Shown here piece by piece: positions 8,857 to 16,896 of a stretch of DNA of 64,000 nucleotides. The notes under the pieces were generated by a model. That model was not told where the DNA came from. It saw only the letters and a list, made by a program, of their open reading frames with translations, and searched no databases. Numbering within the stretch: the stretch's first letter is position 1; the number at the start of each line of letters is the position of its first letter. Made by a program: the position numbers and the translations under genes. The DNA is from an uncultured Candidatus Saccharibacteria bacterium (GTDB lineage Bacteria > Patescibacteriota > Minisyncoccia > UBA6257 > Colwellbacteraceae), in the NCBI GenBank assembly GCA_964609135.1, contig CAZSQQ010000001.1, forward strand, positions 56,673-120,672, given 5' to 3'.

Positions 8857-9831
8857 ATGATTTACGACCTGATCATTATCGGTTCTGGTGCTGCGGGTCT
8901 TTCCGCCGGAATTTATGCCGGCCGTTATCGCATGAAGGTTGCGCTTTTTGGAGGTGAATTTGGCGGCGAGACCGCTAAGGCTGGCGCTATTGAAAATTAT
9001 CCCGGTTTTAAATCGATTGACGGCTACGAGTTAATGGAAAAAATGAGCGAACAAGCCAAAGCTCTCGACATCGACTATATTGATGAAAAAGTCACAAGCA
9101 TGAAGCGAGAGCGACACTGCTTTGAACTAGGAGCCGGTGATAAAACATACGAAGCCAATGCCATTATATTGGCCGTTGGCGCAGAACGAAAACATCTCGG
9201 TCTTCCAAATGAGGAAGAACTTACCGGTCGCGGAGTGCATTACTGCGTCACCTGCGACGGGCCGGTATATAGCGGCAAAACAATCGCCCTGGTTGGCGGC
9301 GGAGACGCTTCGGTCAAGGGAGTAAATCTTGCCGCTGAATATGCGAAGAAGGTTTTTCTTATTGTGAGGAGCAAAGAAGTTGTCGCTGAACCGATCAATT
9401 ACGAGCAGATGAAAAAACTAGGGAGTAAGGTTGAGGTTCTTTTGGAGACAGCGGTTAAAGAAATAGTAGGTAAAGAAAAATTGGAGAAACTCGTTCTCTC
9501 AAAGCCGTATCGCGGCTCGACCGATCTTGTGGTTGATGGGGTTTTTGTCGAGATTGGCGCCGAACCCAGCGTTGAACTCGCAAAATCTCTCGGAGTCGAA
9601 TTGGACGAATACGGATATATTAAAGCTGATAACATGATGCGAACAAATATCGACGGCGTTTTTGCGGCAGGAGATGTCGTTAATCACTTCGGTCGATTCA
9701 AACAAGACATTACGGCGGCGGCGATGGGCGCGGTAGCTGCTACATCGGCATACGAAGATCATAAAATTCACGGCGATCTCTGTATGTTGCACGCAATGCC
9801 GCCAATGCAAACAAAAGTAGAAGTTAAATAA
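8857..9831 (+). CDS. trxB: thioredoxin-disulfide reductase
   Basis: FAD motif GSGAAGLSAG, redox CVTCDG, NADPH motif GGGDA. Confidence 0.85.
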   Translation: MIYDLIIIGSGAAGLSAGIYAGRYRMKVALFGGEFGGETAKAGAIENYPGFKSIDGYELMEKMSEQAKALDIDYIDEKVTSMKRERHCFELGAGDKTYEANAIILAVGAERKHLGLPNEEELTGRGVHYCVTCDGPVYSGKTIALVGGGDASVKGVNLAAEYAKKVFLIVRSKEVVAEPINYEQMKKLGSKVEVLLETAVKEIVGKEKLEKLVLSKPYRGSTDLVVDGVFVEIGAEPSVELAKSLGVELDEYGYIKADNMMRTNIDGVFAAGDVVNHFGRFKQDITAAAMGAVAATSAYEDHKIHGDLCMLHAMPPMQTKVEVK

Positions 9832-9842
9832 CTTTTATTGTT

Positions 9843-10100
9843 ATGCTTATAGATTTTTATGGAAAAGAGTGTCCGCATTGTCTAAGAATGACGCCGCTGG
9901 TGGGCCGCTTAGAAAAAGAGGCGGGCGTTAAGGTTGAAAGATACGAAGTTTGGCACGATGAAGAAAATGCAAAGAAAATGGAAGAATATGATAAGGGTCA
10001 GTGCGGCGGTGTTCCCTTTTTTATTAATACAGAAACTGGAGCCATGATTTGCGGCGAAGCTCCCTATGAAGAGCTGCGGGCTTGGGCTGGTGTAAAATAA
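9843..10100 (+). CDS. thioredoxin-family small protein
   Basis: 85 aa, CPHC active site. Confidence 0.6.
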   Translation: MLIDFYGKECPHCLRMTPLVGRLEKEAGVKVERYEVWHDEENAKKMEEYDKGQCGGVPFFINTETGAMICGEAPYEELRAWAGVK

Positions 10101-10106
10101 TCTTTA

Positions 10107-11158
10107 TGCAACTTAAACCAACATCAATTTTAATACTTTTTATAATCCTCATAGCCGGTTTTTTTGCATGGAGAACTCTTTTCCGAAATGACTTCAACTT
10201 ACCGCGTGGCGGTGAAACCACCAAAGAAACGGTAATTATTCAAAGTAACCAAGATGACAAAACGACAAAAGAAATCATGACTACAAACGGGGTAAAACAC
10301 AGCGTACCGCTTGACCAAATTTTAAGCGGCGGCCCGCCCAAAGACGGAATTCCGCCCATTGATCACCCCAAATTTATTTCTGTTCAGGAGGCAAGCAAAC
10401 AACTATCAGATAAGGAACCTGGGCTGGCTATAGAAATAGACAATGTCAATCGCTTTTATCCCTTCCAAATTTTGGTATGGCACGAGATTGTAAACGATAT
10501 CATAAATGGCAAACGTGTTCTCATCACTTACTGTCCCCTTTGCCTTTCGGGCATCGTCTTTGATCCTTTGGTAAATGGGGAAGGGGTCGAATTCGGCACT
10601 TCCGGCAAGCTTTGGAATTCAAACTTGGTTATGTATGACCGCAAAACTGATTCTTTGTGGTCGCAAATTTTGGGAAAAGCAATCGTGGGAGAAAAAACCG
10701 GAACGCGCCTCGCCGTTTTGCCGTCCGATCAGATTCGATTTGGAGAGTGGAAAAAACTGCATCCTAATGGAGAGGTGCTTTCGCGAGATACGGGAGCAAC
10801 GCGTTTTTATGGACAAGATCCGTACGGGGACTACTATACGACGCCCGGCACTTTCTTCCCGGTCGGGAAGCATGACAGCCGGTTGGGTGAGAAAGAATTT
10901 ATTTTAGGAATAGTAGTGAACGGTAAGGCCAAAGCCTATTGGCCGGCTGCAGTAAAAAAAGCCGGAACCATCGAAGATATTTTTGGGGGTAAGACAATCA
11001 TAGCCAAGTATGAGACAGATATTGATGCTGTACGCCTCTATTCCGCCGAAGGCGGATCCGCCTCTGGCGGAGAAAAGAAATTAGTGCGAATAAATCCGTT
11101 CGGCGCGTTCTGGTTTTCATGGGTGGCGGCGCATCCCGATACGGAACTTTATAAATAA
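10107..11158 (+). CDS. DUF3179-like secreted/membrane-anchored protein
   Basis: N-terminal TM, DGIPPIDHPKF motif typical of DUF3179. Confidence 0.5.
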
Positions 11159-11189
11159 AGGTCGAAAAATAAAAAATAATCAATACACT

Positions 11190-11573
11190 ATGTTTGAACA
11201 ACTAACGCAATACAACGACATCGGGCTCCTGATTCTACGCTTGGCGGTGGCGCTAATCTTTACCCATCACGCATTGCCAAAGCTTAAGAACGCCAAAGGC
11301 ATGGCGCAAATGGTAGGGATGCCTGCTCAAATGATATTTATGTTGGGCGGGGTAGAGTTTCTATCGTCGGTAGGATTAGTGCTCGGCATTTACACGCAGC
11401 TTGCCGCGGTGCTTCTGGGGATCGTTATGACGGGCGCAATCGGAATGAAAATGATGAAATGGCATGTTCCGTTTGCGGCAATGGATAAGACCGGCTGGGA
11501 GTTTGATTTGATACTGCTGGCCGCGAATATCGCAATTCTTTTCGGCGGCGGCGGATCAATCGGGATTCAATAG
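11190..11573 (+). CDS. DoxX-family membrane protein
   Basis: 127 aa, 4 TM, DoxX-like. Confidence 0.6.
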   Translation: MFEQLTQYNDIGLLILRLAVALIFTHHALPKLKNAKGMAQMVGMPAQMIFMLGGVEFLSSVGLVLGIYTQLAAVLLGIVMTGAIGMKMMKWHVPFAAMDKTGWEFDLILLAANIAILFGGGGSIGIQ

Positions 11574-11616
11574 CAAAGGTCGAAAAATTAATAAAGTAAT
11601 TTAGTCAACAAAAAAT

Positions 11617-11775
11617 ATGAACAATCAAAACGATCAACAAAAATTTGTCTGCAAGAGTTGCGGTTCGGAATCGCAAGGAAAGGCAAGAACATGCTGTGGC
11701 GCAGAACAAGAAGAGAAAAAAGAAGCCGGCACATGTATGGCATGCAGTTGCCCTTGTGACGAACACAAAGAGCAT
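11617..11775 (+). CDS. small Cys-rich protein (52 aa; 9 Cys, metal-binding-like), not in ORF track
   Basis: ATG at 11617; MNNQNDQQKFVCKSCGSESQGKARTCCGAEQEEKKEAGTCMACSCPCDEHKEHTHR; sits inside the redox cluster. Confidence 0.4.
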
Positions 11776-11798
11776 ACCCACAGATAAAGTGGGAAAAT

Positions 11799-12407
11799 AT
11801 GTCAGATACAAACACATTAGAACGACATAAACAAAAGAAAGCCGCTCGAGAGGCCGAGGCGCTTAAGATTCGCCGTAAAAAAGTTTTTAAAAAGACCGGT
11901 TATTGGATCGTGGGGCTGGCCGTCGTGATTGGGGGCGGATGGCTATTGATTCGCGGTGCGGGTCCTAAGGGGCCGGATTACAGTCAATCCGTGGAGATTC
12001 TTGGGCGAAACCATATACAGGAAGGAACAACCTTCAACGGCTATAATTCCAACCCACCTACATCCGGCAATCATTATCCCAATCCGGTGCCGGCTCGATT
12101 TTACGATAGAGAGTTGCCGGATGAACAGTTGGTGCATAATTTAGAGCACGGCCATGTTTGGATTGCTTATAAACCGAACTTATCGGGTGAGATTATTGAT
12201 ATTCTTAAAGTTTTCGGTGGCGGAAATATCGTTGTTACTCCGCGATCCAAAAACGATACCGATATTGCCTTGGCGGCTTGGGGTAGACTGGACAAATTCA
12301 ACATCGAAGCTGGCGGTATCGATCAACAACGCATTAAAGATTTCATTTCTCGCTATCAAAACAGGGGTCCTGAAAATGTAAGTATTCCTCGGAGTCATTC
12401 AAGATAA
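11799..12407 (+). CDS. DUF3105-like membrane-anchored protein
   Basis: N-terminal TM; PTSGNHY...LEHGHVWI motif typical of DUF3105. Confidence 0.5.
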   Translation: MSDTNTLERHKQKKAAREAEALKIRRKKVFKKTGYWIVGLAVVIGGGWLLIRGAGPKGPDYSQSVEILGRNHIQEGTTFNGYNSNPPTSGNHYPNPVPARFYDRELPDEQLVHNLEHGHVWIAYKPNLSGEIIDILKVFGGGNIVVTPRSKNDTDIALAAWGRLDKFNIEAGGIDQQRIKDFISRYQNRGPENVSIPRSHSR

Positions 12408-12412
12408 CAATT

Positions 12413-12934
12413 ATGAAAAAAACTTATCTTCTTACAATTATCGTCGCGGCGATTGTGATTGCTGTCTGGTTAGTAATTTCGAGAACGGGACAAAGTCCAA
12501 ATACATCCCCAATCCGTAGCCCAGCGATACCGGATTTTCATCTGCAGGATTATAACGGCAAGACGGTAAATTTTTCGGATTTTGCCGGAAAGCCAGTCCT
12601 CATCAATTCGTGGGCGTCTTGGTGTCCATTTTGCCGACAAGAGCTTCCTCACTTTGCCACTGCCCAAAAAGAGTTTGGCGATAAAGTGGTAATCATTGCC
12701 GTTGACCGGCAAGAGTCATTGGCAGTCGCAAAAGGATACACGGACGAGCAGGGAACGACCGGTAAGCTTGTTTTTCTGCTTGACCCGTCTGATTCCTTTT
12801 ATCAGTCTATCGGCGGATTTTCCATGCCGGAAACAATTTTCGTAGACAAAAGTGGAAACATTGTTGATCACAAACGAGGACCGATGGAAATAAGCGAGAT
12901 ACGTCAAAAAATTCAGAAATTACTCGCACTATAA
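12413..12934 (+). CDS. TlpA/ResA-like thiol-disulfide oxidoreductase
   Basis: N-terminal TM, WASWCPFC active site, redoxin fold. Confidence 0.75.
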   Translation: MKKTYLLTIIVAAIVIAVWLVISRTGQSPNTSPIRSPAIPDFHLQDYNGKTVNFSDFAGKPVLINSWASWCPFCRQELPHFATAQKEFGDKVVIIAVDRQESLAVAKGYTDEQGTTGKLVFLLDPSDSFYQSIGGFSMPETIFVDKSGNIVDHKRGPMEISEIRQKIQKLLAL

Positions 12935-12940
12935 ACAATC

Positions 12941-13606
12941 ATGAAAAATAATTCATTCGTTCCAATTTCAATTGTAGCCGCCGGCGTTATGATCGCGGGG
13001 ACAATTCTTTATACTGGAAGTAACCGCAATATCCAGGGCAGCATAATTCAAGGAGCTGCAAATCCGCCGGATGCGGGACGTAAAATCGAGGTTGTTATAG
13101 GAAACACGGACCCTTCGCTGGGGGAGAACGATGCACCGATTACGCTAGTAGCATTTGAGGATTTCGAGTGCCCGTTCTGTCAACGTTTCAACCAACAAAC
13201 ATTGCCATTGATTATTGACGAGCAAGTCAAAAGCGGCAAGGTTCGTTTTGTTTGGAAAGATTTTCCGCTTTCAATTCATTCGCATGCGGAGAAAGCTCAT
13301 GAAGCGGCTCGTTGTGCCTGGGAACAGGACAAATTTTGGGAGTACCACGATGTGCTTTTCAATAATCAAAACGGCCTTAGCGCCAACAATTTAAAACAAT
13401 ATGCTAAAAATCTCGATCTTAACGAGAGTCAATTTGTTTCCTGTTTAGACTCCGGCAAGTATACGAAACTTATAAGAGAAAAAGTCAGTGAAGGAACCGC
13501 TGCCGGAGTAAACAGCACCCCATCGTTTCTCATAAACGGCAGAATGGTTGTCGGTGCCCAGCCGTACCGAACTTTTGCCGACTTAATCGCCCAAGAAGCC
13601 CAGTAA
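12941..13606 (+). CDS. DsbA-family thiol:disulfide interchange protein
   Basis: N-terminal TM, FECPFCQRF active site. Confidence 0.75.
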   Translation: MKNNSFVPISIVAAGVMIAGTILYTGSNRNIQGSIIQGAANPPDAGRKIEVVIGNTDPSLGENDAPITLVAFEDFECPFCQRFNQQTLPLIIDEQVKSGKVRFVWKDFPLSIHSHAEKAHEAARCAWEQDKFWEYHDVLFNNQNGLSANNLKQYAKNLDLNESQFVSCLDSGKYTKLIREKVSEGTAAGVNSTPSFLINGRMVVGAQPYRTFADLIAQEAQ

Positions 13607-13612
13607 AATATT

Positions 13613-14371
13613 ATGGATTTCTCACTTATCATTCCAGCATTCATAGCCGGTCTTCTAACTTTTCTTGCTCCATGCACGCTGCCTTTGGTTCCTGGATATT
13701 TAGGTTTTATCAGCGGCATACCATTAGAAGATCTGAAAGATCCGACTAAATCCGGTTTGGCTCGCCGCAAAATCTTTATTAACGGCCTGTTCTTTACCGT
13801 CGGCTTTAGCGTCGTGTTTATAATTATGGGCACGTTAGTCGGTTTCGTCGGAGGTTCGCTCTTAGCACCTTATCGCTTATGGCTATCTCGTATCGGAGGT
13901 ATTTTCGTCATCATCTTCGGCCTTTTCATGCTGAATATTTTAAAGCTGCCATTTTTACAGCGTGAATTCCAAATAAAAACTCCTGCTCTATTTGGGAGAG
14001 GGCGTACGGTAAACTCATTTGTTTTGGGTAGCGCTTTCGCATTCGGATGGACTCCCTGCGTAGGACCGATTTTAGGTTCGATATTGTTGCTCGCCTCAAC
14101 ATCAACCACTACCTTGCAAGGAGCTCTTCTCTTGAGCGTGTTCTCTCTGGGATTGGCCCTGCCGTTTTTGGCCATCGCGGCGGGCATAGGTTCTGCATCT
14201 CGCCATGTTAATAATTTGTTGCGCTGGATGAATGCCATCTCCATTATTGGCGGAATATTCTTGATTTTTCTCGGTATACTTTTACTGACCGGCAATATTG
14301 GCCTTCTTATCTCCTACGGATACCAACTATTTCAATTCATTAACTACGAACGATTGCTTGATTATTTATAA
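13613..14371 (+). CDS. ccdA: cytochrome c-type biogenesis protein CcdA / DsbD transmembrane domain
   Basis: Two conserved Cys in TM helices (LAPCTLPLVPGY; WTPCVGPILG), 6 TM. Confidence 0.8.
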   Translation: MDFSLIIPAFIAGLLTFLAPCTLPLVPGYLGFISGIPLEDLKDPTKSGLARRKIFINGLFFTVGFSVVFIIMGTLVGFVGGSLLAPYRLWLSRIGGIFVIIFGLFMLNILKLPFLQREFQIKTPALFGRGRTVNSFVLGSAFAFGWTPCVGPILGSILLLASTSTTTLQGALLLSVFSLGLALPFLAIAAGIGSASRHVNNLLRWMNAISIIGGIFLIFLGILLLTGNIGLLISYGYQLFQFINYERLLDYL

Positions 14372-14444
14372 TCAAGTGAGTGAGTGAAATGAAAATGTCA
14401 ATTTTCATTTCCGAACGAACGCGAGTTATATCCAAGATATAATT

Positions 14445-14708
14445 ATGGTTAGGACAATAAAACAAAGCGAGAAAGATTTATACCAATGCGGGGAGTGCGG
14501 CTTTCATTACGAAGATCGCGTACAAGCCGAGAAATGCGAGGAGTGGTGCAAAGAACATCACAGTTGCAACATAAAAATCACTGCAGGTGACGGGAATCGA
14601 ACCCGCGTATCTTGCTTGCCCCGTGACCATAACAAGGATTGCTTGCTCTTTGTGAGCGGACGATGGGAATGGTTCGACTGCGCTCACCACAAGTCGAACC
14701 CCCTTTGA
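14445..14708 (+). CDS. small zinc-ribbon protein (paralog of 37228-37404); 3' end uncertain
   Basis: YQCGECGFHYED...KCEEWCKEHHSCN; the ORF has no stop until 14708 and runs through the tRNA-like element starting about 14582. Confidence 0.4.
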   Translation: MVRTIKQSEKDLYQCGECGFHYEDRVQAEKCEEWCKEHHSCNIKITAGDGNRTRVSCLPRDHNKDCLLFVSGRWEWFDCAHHKSNPL

Positions 14709-14712
14709 CCTT
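14582..14712 (-). other. tRNA-like element: canonical T-arm but no recognisable acceptor stem (tRNA fragment, unusual tRNA or tmRNA-related)
   Basis: minus strand ...ACGCGGGTTCGATTCCCGTCACCTGCA (T-arm plus 3' acceptor-like); an upstream GGGGGTTCGAC motif; no complementary 5' acceptor strand found by eye. Confidence 0.3.
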
Positions 14713-14740
14713 AGCCCCGCAGCAATTTTGCTTTATCTAA

Positions 14741-14811
14741 AGCGAGATACGAGAATCGAACTCGCGTCTCCACCTTGGGAAGGTGGCATACTGCCACTGT
14801 ACTAATCTCGC
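14741..14811 (-). tRNA. tRNA-Gly (anticodon CCC)
   Basis: Hand-folded: acceptor GCGAGAT/ATCTCGC, anticodon stem CCACC/GGTGG, loop TTCCCAA, T-arm GCGAG-TTCGATT-CTCGT; 71 nt, no CCA. Confidence 0.75.
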
Positions 14812-14818
14812 AAAATTG

Positions 14819-15094
14819 TTAATCCCGCTTCGGGGCGACAATGATCAATTTTTCTGCCGGGGCTTTATAATTTAACTTGCCTCTCGCTTCCTTTTCAAGA
14901 TTGCGGCTTTCGGAGAAATACTGGATCTTATCGTTCAACTTATCGCCGTCCTCAATCAAGGCTTGATATTCAGAGTTGATTTGAGAAAGCTCCTTTTTGA
15001 GATCCCGGCGGACTTTTTCGGTCGTATAAATCTGGTAGCTTATTACAGCCAAAGCCACTATAAAGATGAAGTACACTGGAAGCTTGTTCACCAA
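14819..15094 (-). CDS. septum formation initiator (FtsB/DivIC-like)
   Basis: 91 aa, N-terminal TM then coiled-coil (LKKELSQINSEYQALIE...). Confidence 0.55.
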   Translation of the reverse strand: MVNKLPVYFIFIVALAVISYQIYTTEKVRRDLKKELSQINSEYQALIEDGDKLNDKIQYFSESRNLEKEARGKLNYKAPAEKLIIVAPKRD

Positions 15095-15141
15095 ATTCAG
15101 TTTACCCTGTAAGAGAGGTTAAATTCAATAGGGGTAAGACC

Positions 15142-16896
15142 CTAAATGCTCCCTTTCTTCAATAATTCCTTGAAAATTTCCGCCGGCACAGTCGCTTTTC
15201 CGGCCTCTTCAAGCTTCTTCTTGCCGGCCTTCTGCTTTTTCCAAAGCTTCATTTTTCTGGTTCTGTCTCCGCCGTAAAGTTTGGCGGTCACGTTTTTGCT
15301 TAAAGCCGGAATGGTCTCCCGCGCCATAATTCTTCCTCCCACGACCGCCTGGATCGCCTGGGCAAACTGCTTCCGCGGCAGAAGTTCTTTAAGCTTCACC
15401 GCCATCGTTCTTCCTTCGGCTTCAACGTCCTCTCTATGAATCACGCGGCTAAGCCCCGGCACCAACTCCCCGGCCAGCAAAACATCCAGCCTTTTCACGT
15501 CGGCCTTCCTAAAACCAATAATCTCGTAACTAAAGGATGCAAATCCCTCCGAAGCCGACTTCAATCGATCGTCAAAATCAAGAATCAACTCCGAGAGGGG
15601 CAGAGACGCTTCAATCATAACTCCACTGCCATAGTTTCGCGTTTCAATATCGGTCAGCCGAAAAGAATTGGTGAGCCCCAGTACCGCTCCCAAGAATTTT
15701 TGCGGCGTGAGGACTTTGAGACGAACCATTGGTTCCCGAACCTCTAAATACTCGTCGGGAAAATCCTTGGGATTCTCGATTATATTCTCTCCTGATTTGG
15801 TTCTCACCATATAAGCGACCGATGGAAAACTACTTACAACCGTAAGGCCGAATTCCCTTTCCAATCTCTCAATAGTAATTTCAAAATGAAGCCGTCCCAG
15901 GAATCCGCATTTAAATCCCCTACCCAAAACCAGATTGAAGTCCGGCGTGTAGATGAGCGATGAGTCATGGAGTTTCAACTTGCCCAAAGCTCTTTTCAAA
16001 TCATCGTAGTCGTCGCTCTCGTCCGGATACAACGAAACAAAAACCACCGGGCGGGAAACGGCGAATCCCGGCATTGGTTTTTCCCCAATCGTATCGCCTA
16101 TTTTTATAATTTCCGGATCCTTGATGCCGGTGGCAATGTATCCGATTTCATTCCCCGCCAATTCTTCAGTCGGATTAAATTCAGGAGCAAAGTATCCAAC
16201 CTCCTTGATTTTAAATTCATGATTGACCCCTAAAAGTTTTTGCATGTCCCCCGCCTTAAACTGGCCGCCGAAAACCCGAACAAAAGCCAGCACCCCCTTG
16301 TGATCGTGATAGAGCGAGCTAAATATCAGGGCGGCCTCTTCCTTTATGGATCTCGGGTCCGGAAATGATTTTATGACTGCGTCTAAAAGCTCCGGGACGC
16401 CCTCACCTGTTTTCCCGGAAACACGATAAATCTCGTCTTTCCCGACTGCCAAAAGCCGTGCCAAATCTTCGGTTAAGCCCTCCTGCCCCGGAGGATTGAG
16501 ATCAATTTTGTTCAAAGCTCCGATAACCTTTAATCCCGCGCCCTTGGCCATTTCCAGATTGGCGAGCGTCTGCGCCTGAATGCCCTGGGTTGCGTCAACG
16601 AGGAGTATGGCGCCTTCGACCGCTTTCAAGGCTCTCGAGACTTCATACGAGAAATCGCTGTGTCCAGGCGTATCAATCAAATTTAAAATTGCTCCCTTGT
16701 ATTGCATCCTGACGGGTGCCATTTTAATGGTAATCCCCCGTTCGCGTTCCAAGTCCAGGCGGTCCAAATATTGCGCTTTCATCTTATGGGGAGAAACAGC
16801 TCCCGTAATCTCTAAGAATCTGTCGGCCAAGGTGGACTTGCCATGATCGACATGGGCAATAATTACAAAATTTCTAATACTTTGATTCCTAATCAT
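15142..16896 (-). CDS. lepA: elongation factor 4 (LepA)
   Basis: G-domain AHVDHGKST, DTPGH, NKID; 584 aa with LepA-type C-terminus. Confidence 0.9.
   Translation of the reverse strand: MIRNQSIRNFVIIAHVDHGKSTLADRFLEITGAVSPHKMKAQYLDRLDLERERGITIKMAPVRMQYKGAILNLIDTPGHSDFSYEVSRALKAVEGAILLVDATQGIQAQTLANLEMAKGAGLKVIGALNKIDLNPPGQEGLTEDLARLLAVGKDEIYRVSGKTGEGVPELLDAVIKSFPDPRSIKEEAALIFSSLYHDHKGVLAFVRVFGGQFKAGDMQKLLGVNHEFKIKEVGYFAPEFNPTEELAGNEIGYIATGIKDPEIIKIGDTIGEKPMPGFAVSRPVVFVSLYPDESDDYDDLKRALGKLKLHDSSLIYTPDFNLVLGRGFKCGFLGRLHFEITIERLEREFGLTVVSSFPSVAYMVRTKSGENIIENPKDFPDEYLEVREPMVRLKVLTPQKFLGAVLGLTNSFRLTDIETRNYGSGVMIEASLPLSELILDFDDRLKSASEGFASFSYEIIGFRKADVKRLDVLLAGELVPGLSRVIHREDVEAEGRTMAVKLKELLPRKQFAQAIQAVVGGRIMARETIPALSKNVTAKLYGGDRTRKMKLWKKQKAGKKKLEEAGKATVPAEIFKELLKKGSI

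Noticed and set aside
14582-14712. Calling this a complete tRNA or a tmRNA gene
   Set aside because: The T-arm and 3' acceptor-like strand are clear, but no complementary 5' acceptor strand or D-arm could be found by eye. A standard tmRNA (about 350 nt) would collide with tRNA-Gly and the ftsB-like gene. It is kept only as a tRNA-like element pending ARAGORN/tRNAscan.
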